A stretch of 64,000 nt of DNA from Kaistella sp. (GTDB lineage: Bacteria > Bacteroidota > Bacteroidia > Flavobacteriales > Weeksellaceae). The DNA lies in the NCBI GenBank assembly GCA_032057205.1, contig DAMCFT010000004.1, positions 132,890 through 196,889 on the forward strand. Reading direction: 5' to 3'. Positions 17,950-27,182 of this stretch are shown piece by piece. Numbering within the stretch: position 1 is the stretch's first letter; each line of letters starts with the position of its first letter. The position numbers were made by a program, and so were the translations under genes. The notes below the pieces were generated by a model. That model saw only the letters and a list, made by a program, of their open reading frames with translations, ran no database searches and was not told where the DNA came from.

Positions 17950-18588
17950 ATGCACGTACACGAAAATTTTAACCTTGCGATCGAAATCCTGGGAACGATT
18001 GCTTTTGCGATGTCGGGAAGTTTTGCCGCCATGCAGAAGCGGCTGGATCCTTTCGGGGTTTTAATTATTGCCTTCGTTACTGCCGTTGGCGGTGGAACGG
18101 TACGGGATGTCCTGCTGGATGTTCCGGTCTTCTGGATGCGTGACCTGGTGATTTGTACGGTTATTTTTATGACAACGCTCGTGGCGATGATCTTCAAATC
18201 CGTGGAAAAGAAGTTTAAGGTTACTTTATTTCTGTTCGACAGTTTCGGGCTCGGCTTGTTCACCATTGTTGGTGTGCAGAAAGGGCTGAATGCTGATCTG
18301 CATCCCTTGATTTGTATTACACTGGGTACCATCACCGGTTGTTTTGGCGGGATCAGCCGCGATATTCTGCTGAACCGGATTCCGCTTATTTTCCGGCAGG
18401 AGATTTATGCAACTGCCTGCATCCTGGGCGGCGGGCTATTTTTAACTTTGGTTAAATATTCTGCTTTGTCCTACGCGTTGATACAAATTTCCACCATTCT
18501 GCTGATTGTTATCATCCGGACCCTGGCGGTAAAATATCAGTGGCAGATTCCAAAGTTCTACGGAACAGATCACAGTTCAGAGGCTTAA
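17950..18588 (+). CDS. trimeric intracellular cation channel-like membrane protein (UPF0126/YadS family)
   Basis: 212 aa. Two internal repeats, each with a Gly-rich motif (GGGTVRDVLL / GGISRDILL). Confidence 0.75.
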   Translation: MHVHENFNLAIEILGTIAFAMSGSFAAMQKRLDPFGVLIIAFVTAVGGGTVRDVLLDVPVFWMRDLVICTVIFMTTLVAMIFKSVEKKFKVTLFLFDSFGLGLFTIVGVQKGLNADLHPLICITLGTITGCFGGISRDILLNRIPLIFRQEIYATACILGGGLFLTLVKYSALSYALIQISTILLIVIIRTLAVKYQWQIPKFYGTDHSSEA

Positions 18589-18606
18589 GTTTACATATAA
18601 ATACAT

Positions 18607-18644
18607 AAAAAATCCTGTCTGGTTCTGCCGGACAGGATTTTAAA
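18607..18644. terminator. bidirectional hairpin terminator
   Basis: aaaatcctgtctgg-ttctg-ccggacaggatttt: ~15-bp stem flanked by A and T runs, between convergent genes. Confidence 0.7.
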
Positions 18645-18660
18645 TTTTATTTTAAATATT

Positions 18661-19227
18661 TTATCTGAATTTGCCACGTTGGCGCATGTGCGGGTTGTGC
18701 ATATGCTTTTGCATGCTCGGCATTTTTAACTGATCTTTCAGCATTTTGATCTGGTCGGTCATCATTCCGGCACTGTCCAGTCGCTTGGCTTCTTCGAGTA
18801 ATTTTGCGGCTTCCTGTCTTTTGCCTTTTTGCACAGCGCCTGCTGCGATATTCAGGGTAGCCATGGCACGGTCATGTTTCATATTCAGACCAAAATCCAG
18901 TGCTTTGCGCATGTAGGGTTCTACTTTGGCCGGCTGATCCTGCGCCAGTGTCAGTCCCTGCAGGTAATGGAAGTAGCCGTATTGTGATTTATGCAACTGG
19001 CTTTCATAGTTCGTGATTTTGCTCAGCCAATGCGCTGCTTTCACCATATTTTGTTTTCTGAGGAACCAGAAGGCCAGCAGGATATATTCGTTTTTAAAGA
19101 AAAGGAGAATAGGTAAAGCCGAAACGAATACCAGCACAATGCCCCAGCCAATATTGCGGTTCATCATCAGGTATACAGCAGCCGCTAAAATAAGTGCGGT
19201 GATTACAAATTTCAGGTATTTATTCAT
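18661..19227 (-). CDS. hypothetical membrane protein with TPR-like helical C-terminal half
   Basis: 188 aa. Two N-terminal TM helices, helical repeat region, basic tail. No family recognised. Confidence 0.5.
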   Translation of the reverse strand: MNKYLKFVITALILAAAVYLMMNRNIGWGIVLVFVSALPILLFFKNEYILLAFWFLRKQNMVKAAHWLSKITNYESQLHKSQYGYFHYLQGLTLAQDQPAKVEPYMRKALDFGLNMKHDRAMATLNIAAGAVQKGKRQEAAKLLEEAKRLDSAGMMTDQIKMLKDQLKMPSMQKHMHNPHMRQRGKFR

Positions 19228-19245
19228 GTTGAAATTTTAGAGGTG

Positions 19246-19253
19246 CAAAGATA
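19246..19253 (-). promoter_or_regulatory. candidate -7 box for 18661..19227
   Basis: TAtcTTTG on minus strand, 18 nt before ATG. Confidence 0.4.
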
Positions 19254-19280
19254 AGAATTTGTACAGGAAAGCGCAGCGCG

Positions 19281-19775
19281 TTATTTTGCTTCACGCCGCA
19301 CGTAGGTCTGAAAACAGAAGTCATAGGCATGGCGCTCATCTTTTTGCTCGCAGCGTTCTTCCGTCATTTCCCAGACTTTTGGGTCTATTTTAGGGAAATA
19401 GGTATCTGCTTCCATCGTGGTATCCACGCGGGTTACCTCCAGCTTGTCGGTAATGTCGAGTGTTTGTTCGTAAATATGCCCGCCACCGATAATGAATACT
19501 TCCGGATCTATCTTCTTTGCAAATTTCACTGCTTCCTTCAGGCTGCCTACAATCAGAATTCCCTCCTCGAACCAGTTTTCGCGGCGACTCACCACAATAT
19601 TGGTGCGGTTGGGCAGCGGTTTTCCGATGCTTTCGTAGGTCTTGCGACCCATAATAACAGGATGTCCGGAAGTAATATTTTTAAAGTGCGCCAAATCTTT
19701 CGGCAGATGCCACAGCATTTGATTGCCGGCGCCTATTTCGTTGTTGCGGCCCAGGGCCACCACAGCAGTGATCAT
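19281..19775 (-). CDS. folA: dihydrofolate reductase
   Basis: 164 aa. MLWHLPKDLAHFKNIT.GHPVIMGRKTYESIG. Confidence 0.9.
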   Translation of the reverse strand: MITAVVALGRNNEIGAGNQMLWHLPKDLAHFKNITSGHPVIMGRKTYESIGKPLPNRTNIVVSRRENWFEEGILIVGSLKEAVKFAKKIDPEVFIIGGGHIYEQTLDITDKLEVTRVDTTMEADTYFPKIDPKVWEMTEERCEQKDERHAYDFCFQTYVRREAK

Positions 19776-19791
19776 TTTGTTTAAGTTTCCA

Positions 19792-19799
19792 CAAATTTA
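19792..19799 (-). promoter_or_regulatory. candidate -7 box for folA
   Basis: TAaaTTTG on minus strand, 16 nt before ATG. It lies 12 bp from the divergent lemA box. Confidence 0.45.
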
Positions 19800-19811
19800 G
19801 CACATATATTG

Positions 19812-19819
19812 TATATTTG
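19812..19819 (+). promoter_or_regulatory. candidate -7 box for the lemA operon
   Basis: TAtaTTTG, 35 nt before ATG 19855. Confidence 0.45.
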
Positions 19820-19854
19820 GGTAGCTATTAAACGATAAAAAAATAAATAAAACG

Positions 19855-20463
19855 ATGAGAAACAGAGGTTGTATGAGCGCAGGAACCATAGGGATTGCGC
19901 TGGTAGTGATTGCAGTAATACTTTTTTTCTGGGGAAAGAACGGATATAATAATTTCGTAGGAAAAGAGCAGACCGTTAATACCAAGTGGTCCAACGTGGA
20001 AACGGTCTATCAAAAGCGGGCAAACCTGATTCCGAATCTGGAACGAACAGTGAAGTCCTATGCCAAGTTTGAACAGGAAACTTTAACCAAAGTAGTAGAG
20101 GCGCGTTCCAAAGCGACTTCTATTACACTGGATCCAACCAATATGACCGAAGAAGATATGGCCAAATTCCAGGCCGCACAGGGGCAGCTTACCGGAGCGC
20201 TGAGCAGGCTGATGGCCGTTGTGGAACAATATCCTAATCTGAAAGCGGACCAGCAGTACCTGAATTTCCAGCGGGAATACACAGCGATTGAAAACAGCAT
20301 TCGCAGCGAAACGGTGTATTATAACGAAGCGGCGCAGGATTATAACACCACGATTAAAACCTTCCCGAACAATATTCTGGCAAACTTCACCAACTTTAAA
20401 GAAAAACCATACTTCAAGGCCGCCGCTGGCGCAGAAAATGCACCTGAAGTATTCACGGAATAA
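19855..20463 (+). CDS. LemA family protein
   Basis: 202 aa. One TM helix, then YNNFVGKEQTVNTKWSNVETVYQKRANLIPNL. The start could be the second Met (19873). Confidence 0.85.
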   Translation: MRNRGCMSAGTIGIALVVIAVILFFWGKNGYNNFVGKEQTVNTKWSNVETVYQKRANLIPNLERTVKSYAKFEQETLTKVVEARSKATSITLDPTNMTEEDMAKFQAAQGQLTGALSRLMAVVEQYPNLKADQQYLNFQREYTAIENSIRSETVYYNEAAQDYNTTIKTFPNNILANFTNFKEKPYFKAAAGAENAPEVFTE

Positions 20464-20891
20464 TGAAACCTTACCTGACCGATTCACAGCTGGCACAGCT
20501 GGTAGAAACCATTCAGACGGCAGAAGATTATTCTACCGGCGAAATCCGGATTCATATTGATTCCCATACGGAAGGGAATAATGCGGAAATCGCTTTTGAG
20601 GTTTTTACGAAACTGTGCCGGTACCAAACGGCCGAACTGAATGCCGTGCTGTTTCATATTAATTTTGAACAGCAGTACCTCACCATTATTGGTGATGAAG
20701 GTATTCATGCTAAAGTACAACAACAGTTCTGGGACCGGCTGCATGATCAGACGACCCGTTACTTCGCGGAAGGCCGCTATTTCGAGGGGCTGCAAAAAGC
20801 CGTGCTGGAAACCGGCCTGGAACTGAAAAGACATTTCCCTATTACCGGGGACAATCCCAATGAGTTACCGAATGAGATTACTTTCTCGTAA
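20463..20891 (+). CDS. TPM-domain protein (cytoplasmic type)
   Basis: 142 aa. GEIRIHID...NAVLFHINFEQQYLTIIGDEGI is a TPM/DUF477-like fold signature. TAATG overlap with lemA. Confidence 0.7.
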   Translation: MKPYLTDSQLAQLVETIQTAEDYSTGEIRIHIDSHTEGNNAEIAFEVFTKLCRYQTAELNAVLFHINFEQQYLTIIGDEGIHAKVQQQFWDRLHDQTTRYFAEGRYFEGLQKAVLETGLELKRHFPITGDNPNELPNEITFS

Positions 20892-21681
20892 TTTTTTATT
20901 TTCATCTATACTGCTGTTTCTGAGCTGCGGCTTCTTCCTGGCGCAGCGTGTACCGCCTAAACCCAAATTGTTGTATCCGGTGACGGATGAATCGGGCATT
21001 TTAACTGCTGCGGAAAAAAAAGCGCTGGATGAAAAACTGATTGCGTTCTCGGATTCTACCTCCACGGAAATTGCCGTTATCATTATTACCACTACGAAGG
21101 GAGAAGACGTGAATTTCCTCGCCACCATGTACGGCGAAGAATGGGGAATTGGCCAGAAAGCAACAGATAATGGCGTAGTCTTCCTCATCGCCACCGATGA
21201 CCATACCATGTCCATTCAGCAGGGGCGCGCTGTGGAGCAGTATCTGACGGCTTCTGTGGCCGGCCAGATTCTGGATTATATTGTAACACCGCAATTCCGG
21301 CAGGGAAAGTGGTATGCCGGCATCAATGGCGGAACTTCTGCCATCATGGAGGCAGTACAGGGAAAATTTAAACCTATTGTCAAAGACAAAAGGCCGGAGG
21401 ACGGGCTGAGCACTTTCCAACTGCTGATTATCGCTGTTTTTGTACTGCTGATTCTGCGCTTTTTATTCGGCAACCATGGCGGCGGCGGCGGGGGCCGCGG
21501 AGATGATGTGATTCTTTCGCGGCGGGGCCGTACCATGTATCCGGGTGGCTTTTTCCCATTCCCCGGCAGTTTTGGCGGCGGCGGATTTGGCGGCGGTGGT
21601 GGTAGTTTCGGCGGTGGCGGCTTCGGCGGCTTCGGCGGTGGCGGCAGTTTCGGTGGCGGTGGTGCTTCCGGCGGCTGGTAA
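20860..21681 (+). CDS. TPM-domain membrane protein (YgcG-like) with Gly-rich tail
   Basis: 273 aa. Signal peptide, TPM core (VTDESGILT..EIAVIIITT..GVVFLIATDDHTMSIQQG), one TM helix, and a GGGGFGGGGGSFGGGGFGG tail. 32-nt overlap with the previous gene. Confidence 0.75.
   Translation: MSYRMRLLSRNFLFSSILLFLSCGFFLAQRVPPKPKLLYPVTDESGILTAAEKKALDEKLIAFSDSTSTEIAVIIITTTKGEDVNFLATMYGEEWGIGQKATDNGVVFLIATDDHTMSIQQGRAVEQYLTASVAGQILDYIVTPQFRQGKWYAGINGGTSAIMEAVQGKFKPIVKDKRPEDGLSTFQLLIIAVFVLLILRFLFGNHGGGGGGRGDDVILSRRGRTMYPGGFFPFPGSFGGGGFGGGGGSFGGGGFGGFGGGGSFGGGGASGGW
21478..21678 (+). repeat. GGY-codon low-complexity tract (coding)
   Basis: Runs of ggc/ggt codons interspersed with ttc/agt, encoding the Gly/Phe/Ser tail. 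Slippage-prone. Confidence 0.7.
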
Positions 21682-21689
21682 AGTATTAT

Positions 21690-22487
21690 TTATTTTATTG
21701 AAATACTGCCTCCGCTGCTTTCCTTAATATCGGCTTTGGTTAAAGCTCCGTTCTTGTTAACATGAATATCGCCACCTGAACTGGCCCTCGCAGAAACTTG
21801 ATTTGAAACCGTCAGGCTGATATCACCGGCACTGGAAGCACTTAAGTCAGCAGATTTCGCGAAGACTTTCCCGGCATTAATGCTGCCCGAAGAAGAAGCT
21901 TTCATCGTCGCGTTGCCTGTCTTTCCCGTTAAGGTGACAGCACCGGCCGAAGAGGCAGCTGCCTCCAGATTCACTGCCCAGATCTGTCCCTGATAGCTGC
22001 CTGAGCTGGAAGTACGGACTGAAAGCTGATTGGCTTCGAAATCTCCGAAGATCTGCCCTGAACTGGAAGCTGAAATATCAGTGCGGTCCTGAGTGAATTT
22101 ATCTTTCACGCGGATCCTGCCCGAGGAACTTGCCTCAACGGTGGAGAGATTCTTTGTATAGACTTTAGCACTCACGTTATTGGTCGAGATATTGAGGCCG
22201 GGACGGAAACGGATCTGCACCGAATTGCCGGATTTTTCTGCCAATACATCATCGATGATATCTGCCGGTGCTGAAATGATGATTTTATTTTCCGCGGATT
22301 TAAAAACTTCAGCATCAATCCCCTGAGAGACGCGCAGGCCACTGAAGTTCATGGTGTACTCGCGCGTGGTTTGCGGTCCGGTTGCGGTTTTGGTTACCAG
22401 GTTGGAGAGAACCAGCTTATCGGTCTTAATATTGCAGGAAAACAGAAGAAGCACAGCTGTGCCCAGAAGTAACGTCTTTTTCATCAT
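21690..22487 (-). CDS. DUF2807 / head-GIN-domain beta-helix lipoprotein
   Basis: 265 aa. Lipobox LLFSC. About eight rungs with recurring (A/S)SS(S/A/G)G motifs (ASSSGRIRV, ASSSGQIFG, TSSSGSYQG ...). Confidence 0.65.
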   Translation of the reverse strand: MMKKTLLLGTAVLLLFSCNIKTDKLVLSNLVTKTATGPQTTREYTMNFSGLRVSQGIDAEVFKSAENKIIISAPADIIDDVLAEKSGNSVQIRFRPGLNISTNNVSAKVYTKNLSTVEASSSGRIRVKDKFTQDRTDISASSSGQIFGDFEANQLSVRTSSSGSYQGQIWAVNLEAAASSAGAVTLTGKTGNATMKASSSGSINAGKVFAKSADLSASSAGDISLTVSNQVSARASSGGDIHVNKNGALTKADIKESSGGSISIK

Positions 22488-22539
22488 CTTTATTTTTAGT
22501 TAAATGTAGTATCTTTACTTTAATTAAAACAACTGACGA

Positions 22540-24678
22540 ATGAGAAATATTGCTTCTGTATTTTTAATTTCAAGTCTGGCGCTCACTACCGCCTGTACCA
22601 CTATGAAAAAATCCAATCATCCGGTTGAGGTAGCCGTTCCTGCCTCCATGGCCAATAACCCGTTCCTGCAGAAGAGTCCGCTGCAGTATCAGGCGCCACA
22701 GTTCGACAAAATTAAGGACTCGCATTACAAGCCCGCCTTCGATTATGGCATGAAAGTGCAGCTGGCTGAAATTGAGTATATCGCAAATAACCCGGAGGCA
22801 CCTACTTTTGAAAACACCATTCTCGCTTTGGAAAACAGCGGCGAAGTGCTGAAACGTGCGCAAAGCGTTTTCTATAATTTAACAAGTTCCAATACGAACC
22901 CGACGCTGCAAAGCCTGGAGGTTACGTATGCTCCGATCTTTTCGGGCCTGAGCGATAATATATATCTGAACGAAAAGCTATACAACCGTATCAAAGCGAT
23001 CTCTCCGCTCAATCTGGGCGATGAAGAGAAAAGGCTGATCGAAGTCTATAAAACCAACTTTGAAATTGCGGGTGCCGATTTGCCGCAGGCGAAAAAGGAA
23101 CAGCTGAAAAAGATCAACGAAGAACTGGCTACACTTTCCACGCAGTTCTCTAATAAATTACTGGATGCGCGCAAGCACGGCGCGGTCGTATTTGATAATG
23201 CCCGTGAGCTCGATGGCTTAAACCCGGATGCACTGGCGGCCGCTGCGGCCGATGCCAAAGAAGCTGGAATGACGGGGAAATATCTGATTGCACTGCAAAA
23301 TACAACCCAGCAGCCCGTTTTGCAAAGTCTGAAAAATCGTGCTTCGCGCGAGAAAATTTTTAAAGCGTCCTGGTACCGTGCTGAGAAAGAAAATGAAGAC
23401 GATACCCGGGCCATCCTGGAAAAGCAGGCGAGGCTGCGCATGGAAAAAGCGCATTTGCTGGGAAAGAAATCCTTCGCGGAATGGAAACTGCAGGACCAGA
23501 TGGCACAAACACCGGAGCACGCGATGGACCTGCTGGCAAAACTGGCCAAACCGGCGGTGGAAACAGCCAAGCGTGAACGTAATGAAATCCAGGCCCTGAT
23601 TGATAAGCAGAAAGGAGGATTTACGGTGGAGCCTTGGGACTGGAACTATTATGCCGAGCAGGTGCGCAAAGCGAAATACGATCTGGATGAAAACGAAATC
23701 AAACCGTATTTTGAGGTAGAAACCGTTTTGGAAAAAGGTGTTTTTTATGCTGCTGAAAAATTCTACGGAATCACTTTTAAGAAGCGTACCGATTTGCCGG
23801 TGTATCATCCCGATGTCGTGACCTATGAAGTGTTTGACCGCGATGGCAGTTCGCTGGCGCTGTATTATCTGGACTTCTTTACCCGCAATAATAAAAATGG
23901 TGGCGCCTGGATGAACAACTTTGTGGATCAGAGTTACCAGCGGAATCAGAAACCGGTGATTGTGAATGTATTCAATTATCAGAAGCCGGCCGCCGGAAAA
24001 CCTTCGCTGATTTCCTACGATGATGTGGAGACGATGTTCCACGAATTCGGGCACACATTGCACGGTTTATTTGCAGATCAGAAATATGCTTCCATCTCTG
24101 GCACCAGCGTTCCGCGTGATTTTGTGGAATTCCCGTCGCAGATCAACGAGTTCTTTGCTCTGGAACCCGAGGTATTGAAGAATTACGCCTTGCATTATCA
24201 AACTAAAAAACCAATGCCGGCAGCGCTGGTGGCAAAGATCAAAAAAGCTTCTGCCTTCAACCAGGGATATTCTACTACGGAGCTGGTGGCCGCTGCTACG
24301 ATTGACATGAACTGGCATTCTGTGACAGACGCTTCGCAATTCCGCCCGACGCTGGAATTTGAAAAGGCTGCGCTCGCAAAATATGGCTTTACCCTGAAAG
24401 AAGTTCCGCCAAGATATCATTCGCCCTACTTTGCCCACATTTGGGGTGGCGGTTACTCCGCAGGATATTATGCCTATATGTGGAGCGACATGCTGAACGC
24501 CGACGCCTGGGACTGGATTACCAAAAACGGCGGCATGACGCGCGCGAACGGTGATCGGTTCCGCAAATACATTTTATCTGTCGGAAACTCTAAAGACCTG
24601 AACAAAGCCTTCAGGGATTTCACCGGTCGCGACCCGGATCTGAAGCCGCTGTTGAGAAATAAAGGGTTTATTAAATAA
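22540..24678 (+). CDS. dcp: M3-family peptidyl-dipeptidase (Dcp-like), lipoprotein
   Basis: 712 aa. Lipobox LALTTAC. Zinc motif MFHEFGHTLHG and downstream E (EFPSQ). Confidence 0.85.
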   Translation: MRNIASVFLISSLALTTACTTMKKSNHPVEVAVPASMANNPFLQKSPLQYQAPQFDKIKDSHYKPAFDYGMKVQLAEIEYIANNPEAPTFENTILALENSGEVLKRAQSVFYNLTSSNTNPTLQSLEVTYAPIFSGLSDNIYLNEKLYNRIKAISPLNLGDEEKRLIEVYKTNFEIAGADLPQAKKEQLKKINEELATLSTQFSNKLLDARKHGAVVFDNARELDGLNPDALAAAAADAKEAGMTGKYLIALQNTTQQPVLQSLKNRASREKIFKASWYRAEKENEDDTRAILEKQARLRMEKAHLLGKKSFAEWKLQDQMAQTPEHAMDLLAKLAKPAVETAKRERNEIQALIDKQKGGFTVEPWDWNYYAEQVRKAKYDLDENEIKPYFEVETVLEKGVFYAAEKFYGITFKKRTDLPVYHPDVVTYEVFDRDGSSLALYYLDFFTRNNKNGGAWMNNFVDQSYQRNQKPVIVNVFNYQKPAAGKPSLISYDDVETMFHEFGHTLHGLFADQKYASISGTSVPRDFVEFPSQINEFFALEPEVLKNYALHYQTKKPMPAALVAKIKKASAFNQGYSTTELVAAATIDMNWHSVTDASQFRPTLEFEKAALAKYGFTLKEVPPRYHSPYFAHIWGGGYSAGYYAYMWSDMLNADAWDWITKNGGMTRANGDRFRKYILSVGNSKDLNKAFRDFTGRDPDLKPLLRNKGFIK

Positions 24679-24696
24679 ATAATTGTAGGACTTAAG

Positions 24697-24725
24697 AATC
24701 CGCTGCGTGAGTAGCGGATTTTTTG
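24697..24725 (+). terminator. rho-independent terminator after dcp
   Basis: aatccgct-gcgtgagt-agcggatt followed by tttttg. Confidence 0.7.
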
Positions 24726-24873
24726 TGTGTTATCTTTTACATTGAATAAAAAATCTGGTAAAATTATTTTCATACTCCTCCTCCTCATATATGTTTATTA
24801 ATTATATTTACCTTTTTTAAGAAAAAGCTTATTTACGGTTTTGCAAAATTCAATCTGACTAAATTATTTAAAT

Positions 24874-26085
24874 ATGAAGAGAAAATATCTGTTTTTTTTA
24901 ATTCTTATTAATATTTCTGTGTTTTCTCAAATAAGATTTGAGGAAGGATTTTTTATCAACAATGCAGGTGAACGAGTGGATTGCTTTATTAAAAATGTAG
25001 GTTGGCGGAGCAATCCTGATTCATTTGAATACAGAACGAATCAAATTGATAAACCTATAAAATTATCTGTTCATGAGGTAGAAATGTTTCAAATTTTGAA
25101 TGAATCTAAATATATTCGAAAAAAAGTACTCATTGACCAGTCTAGTCACAATATTAAACATCTAAGTGAATCAGCACAACCAGACTACAGAGAGGAAACC
25201 GTCTTTTTAAAAGAATTGCTGCCCGGTCCGGTAAGTTTGTTACTCTATTCAGATTCTGGGACGAATCATTTTTTTTATCAAATGTCTGACGACGAAGTTA
25301 AAAATCTGATTTACAAGCCATATTCCGTTGATGAAACTACAATTGCTTACAATGAGGATTATAAAAATCAGTTAAAGAGCGTTCTTGCATGTGCTTCGAT
25401 TGACGATTCGGACTTTCAAAAATTAAAATATCAGGAGAAATATCTGAGAAATATTTTCACCCAGTATTATCAGTGTTCTGATCCTGATTATTCAGAGACT
25501 ACTAAGGTTAAAAAAGGAAAATTTAATTTTAACGTACGGCCGCGTGTAAATTTACATCACATTACTGTTACTGATTATGTTACCGATACAGAATTTAAAT
25601 TAGGAAATAAGGCAGGAATTGGATTAGGGTTGGAGGGTGAGTATATTCTTCCATTTAATAGGAATAAGTGGGCGATTCTAGCAGAGATCGTCTACCAGAG
25701 GTACAAATCCGAAATTAATGTACCGTATAAAGGTGTTTCTGGAGGAGAGTTTATTATCAATGCTGAATACAATATGGTTGATATTCCTTTAGGTCTGCGA
25801 CATTACTTCTTTCTTGACGATAAATCCAAAGTCTTCCTTAATTTACAATACGTACTTGGCCTTTCTTTGGACTCTGAACTCGTATTCAATCGGAAAGACG
25901 GATCCATTTATAACTCTTACTTATTCCAAAAATTGAATCCGAACTTCGCGGTGGGGGCAGGTTATAGCTACAAAAATAAATGGGGCGTAGAGGCTAGGTA
26001 CAACGGAAATCGTTGGTTAACACCTACGTATAAGAATGCAGGTTACGAAAATGTTTCATTTATTTTCAGCTATAATTTACTTTAA
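24874..26085 (+). CDS. hypothetical secreted protein with C-terminal outer-membrane beta-barrel-like half
   Basis: 403 aa. Signal peptide. N-terminal FEEGFFINNAGERVDCFIKNVGWRSNPDSFEY module. The C-terminal half has alternating hydrophobic strands with aromatic strand ends (GAGYSYKNKWGVEARY..VSFIFSYNLL). Gene is markedly AT-rich. Confidence 0.55.
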   Translation: MKRKYLFFLILINISVFSQIRFEEGFFINNAGERVDCFIKNVGWRSNPDSFEYRTNQIDKPIKLSVHEVEMFQILNESKYIRKKVLIDQSSHNIKHLSESAQPDYREETVFLKELLPGPVSLLLYSDSGTNHFFYQMSDDEVKNLIYKPYSVDETTIAYNEDYKNQLKSVLACASIDDSDFQKLKYQEKYLRNIFTQYYQCSDPDYSETTKVKKGKFNFNVRPRVNLHHITVTDYVTDTEFKLGNKAGIGLGLEGEYILPFNRNKWAILAEIVYQRYKSEINVPYKGVSGGEFIINAEYNMVDIPLGLRHYFFLDDKSKVFLNLQYVLGLSLDSELVFNRKDGSIYNSYLFQKLNPNFAVGAGYSYKNKWGVEARYNGNRWLTPTYKNAGYENVSFIFSYNLL

Positions 26086-26138
26086 TTTTAGCTGTCTCTT
26101 TAAACCATATATTAATAATAGGGCTTGACTTGTGCGTT

Positions 26139-26146
26139 TAAGTTTG
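26139..26146 (+). promoter_or_regulatory. candidate -7 box for the DUF3667 gene
   Basis: TAagTTTG, 23 nt before ATG 26170. Confidence 0.4.
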
Positions 26147-26169
26147 TTTATTAGCATCATTTATCTCGC

Positions 26170-26889
26170 ATGACCTGTAAAAACTGCAGCGCTGAACTTA
26201 CATCCTCTTACTGCCCGGATTGCGGTTATCCCGCGCAGGTCCGGCGGATCGGTAGCCGCTATCTGATACATGAGGTCGGCCATTTGGTACATTATGAGCG
26301 GGGTTTCATCTATACCGTCAGGGCTTTGTTGACAAGGCCTGGTGTTACTATAAGAAATTATTTGTCTGAAGATCGCAGGCGTCTGGTAAAGCCTATCGTC
26401 TTCATCATCATTACCTCTTTAATTTATACATTGGCGAACGGGTTTTTTAAGATTGAAGATCAATATGTTCAATTTCAGCAGACTGACAGTACCAGCACAG
26501 TTGTTTCACTTTTTTCCTGGGTGCAGGAACATTACGGATATTCTAATATTCTGATGGCTGTATTTATCGCGTTCTGGTTAAAGTTATTTTTTAGAAAGCA
26601 TCCCTTTAACCTCTTTGAAATCCTGGTAATGCTTTGCTATATCATGGGCATGGGCATGCTTATTTTAGCGTTGTTTGCAATAATACAGGGTCTGGCGCGA
26701 ATAGACATATTGGCGTATGGCGGAATGACAGCAACAGCATATTGGGCTTGGGCAATCGGTAATTTTTATAACCCAAAAAGTTGGTCGAGCTATGTAAAAA
26801 GTATATCGGCTTATTTACTAGGACTGATTACTTCTTTAGTTATACTCATTTTGATTGGAAAAGGGATTGATCTGATAAGCGCCCGATAA
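26170..26889 (+). CDS. DUF3667-type zinc-ribbon multi-pass membrane protein
   Basis: 239 aa. N-terminal CKNCSAELTSSYCPDCG (CxxC-x8-CxxC), then about 5 hydrophobic helices. Confidence 0.65.
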   Translation: MTCKNCSAELTSSYCPDCGYPAQVRRIGSRYLIHEVGHLVHYERGFIYTVRALLTRPGVTIRNYLSEDRRRLVKPIVFIIITSLIYTLANGFFKIEDQYVQFQQTDSTSTVVSLFSWVQEHYGYSNILMAVFIAFWLKLFFRKHPFNLFEILVMLCYIMGMGMLILALFAIIQGLARIDILAYGGMTATAYWAWAIGNFYNPKSWSSYVKSISAYLLGLITSLVILILIGKGIDLISAR

Positions 26890-27182
26890 ATTTTAAGAAA
26901 TTTAACGTACAACCATGTGTTAGAAGTTCATAATGATAAAAACAGAAATCGGCTTCAGCGCTTCTGAGTAACTTTTTTAGTGTTTTGCTACTTACATAAT
27001 CGATGTGTTAAATGAAATCAAAAGTATTCGAAACAATTTTCCCTTATTTCCTTTCGTTCAACTTCCAGATTGAAGTGGAAAAAATAATATCTTAGCCTAC
27101 AGAAATTCTGATTTAAAAATTTAAAGTTTTTTACCTTAACGAGGTAACCATCTTTTCAAAACTATTTTATTACTATAAAACT

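Noticed and set aside
18607-18644. Several bidirectional terminators share an AAAAATCC(C/T)G left arm (18607, 33314, 61329; similar at 24697). This suggested a dispersed REP-like repeat family.
   Set aside because: Beyond the first ~10 nt, the stems, loops and lengths differ. The shared part is just what an A-tract followed by a GC-rich stem requires. No extended homology.
23218-24063. Long antisense ORFs inside well-supported genes: 281 aa in dcp (23218-24063), 284 aa in ftsY (32030-32884), 225 aa in accC (48340-49017), 213 aa across the accC end and the antitoxin (49393-50034), 169 aa in the MBL gene (6768-7277), and 174 aa in dcp (23046-23570).
   Set aside because: In every case the sense strand carries unmistakable family motifs along its full length. 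The antisense products are low-complexity or Arg/Ser/Phe-rich with no recognisable motif, signal or promoter box. This is the usual stop-codon-poor antisense frame of moderately GC-rich coding DNA.
24474-24788. Minus-strand ORF starting ATGAGGAGGAGGAGTATG, a GGAGG-rich stretch that looks like a Shine-Dalgarno or repeat signal.
   Set aside because: The ORF runs straight through the dcp terminator hairpin and antisense into dcp. Bacteroidota do not rely on SD pairing. There is no family similarity.
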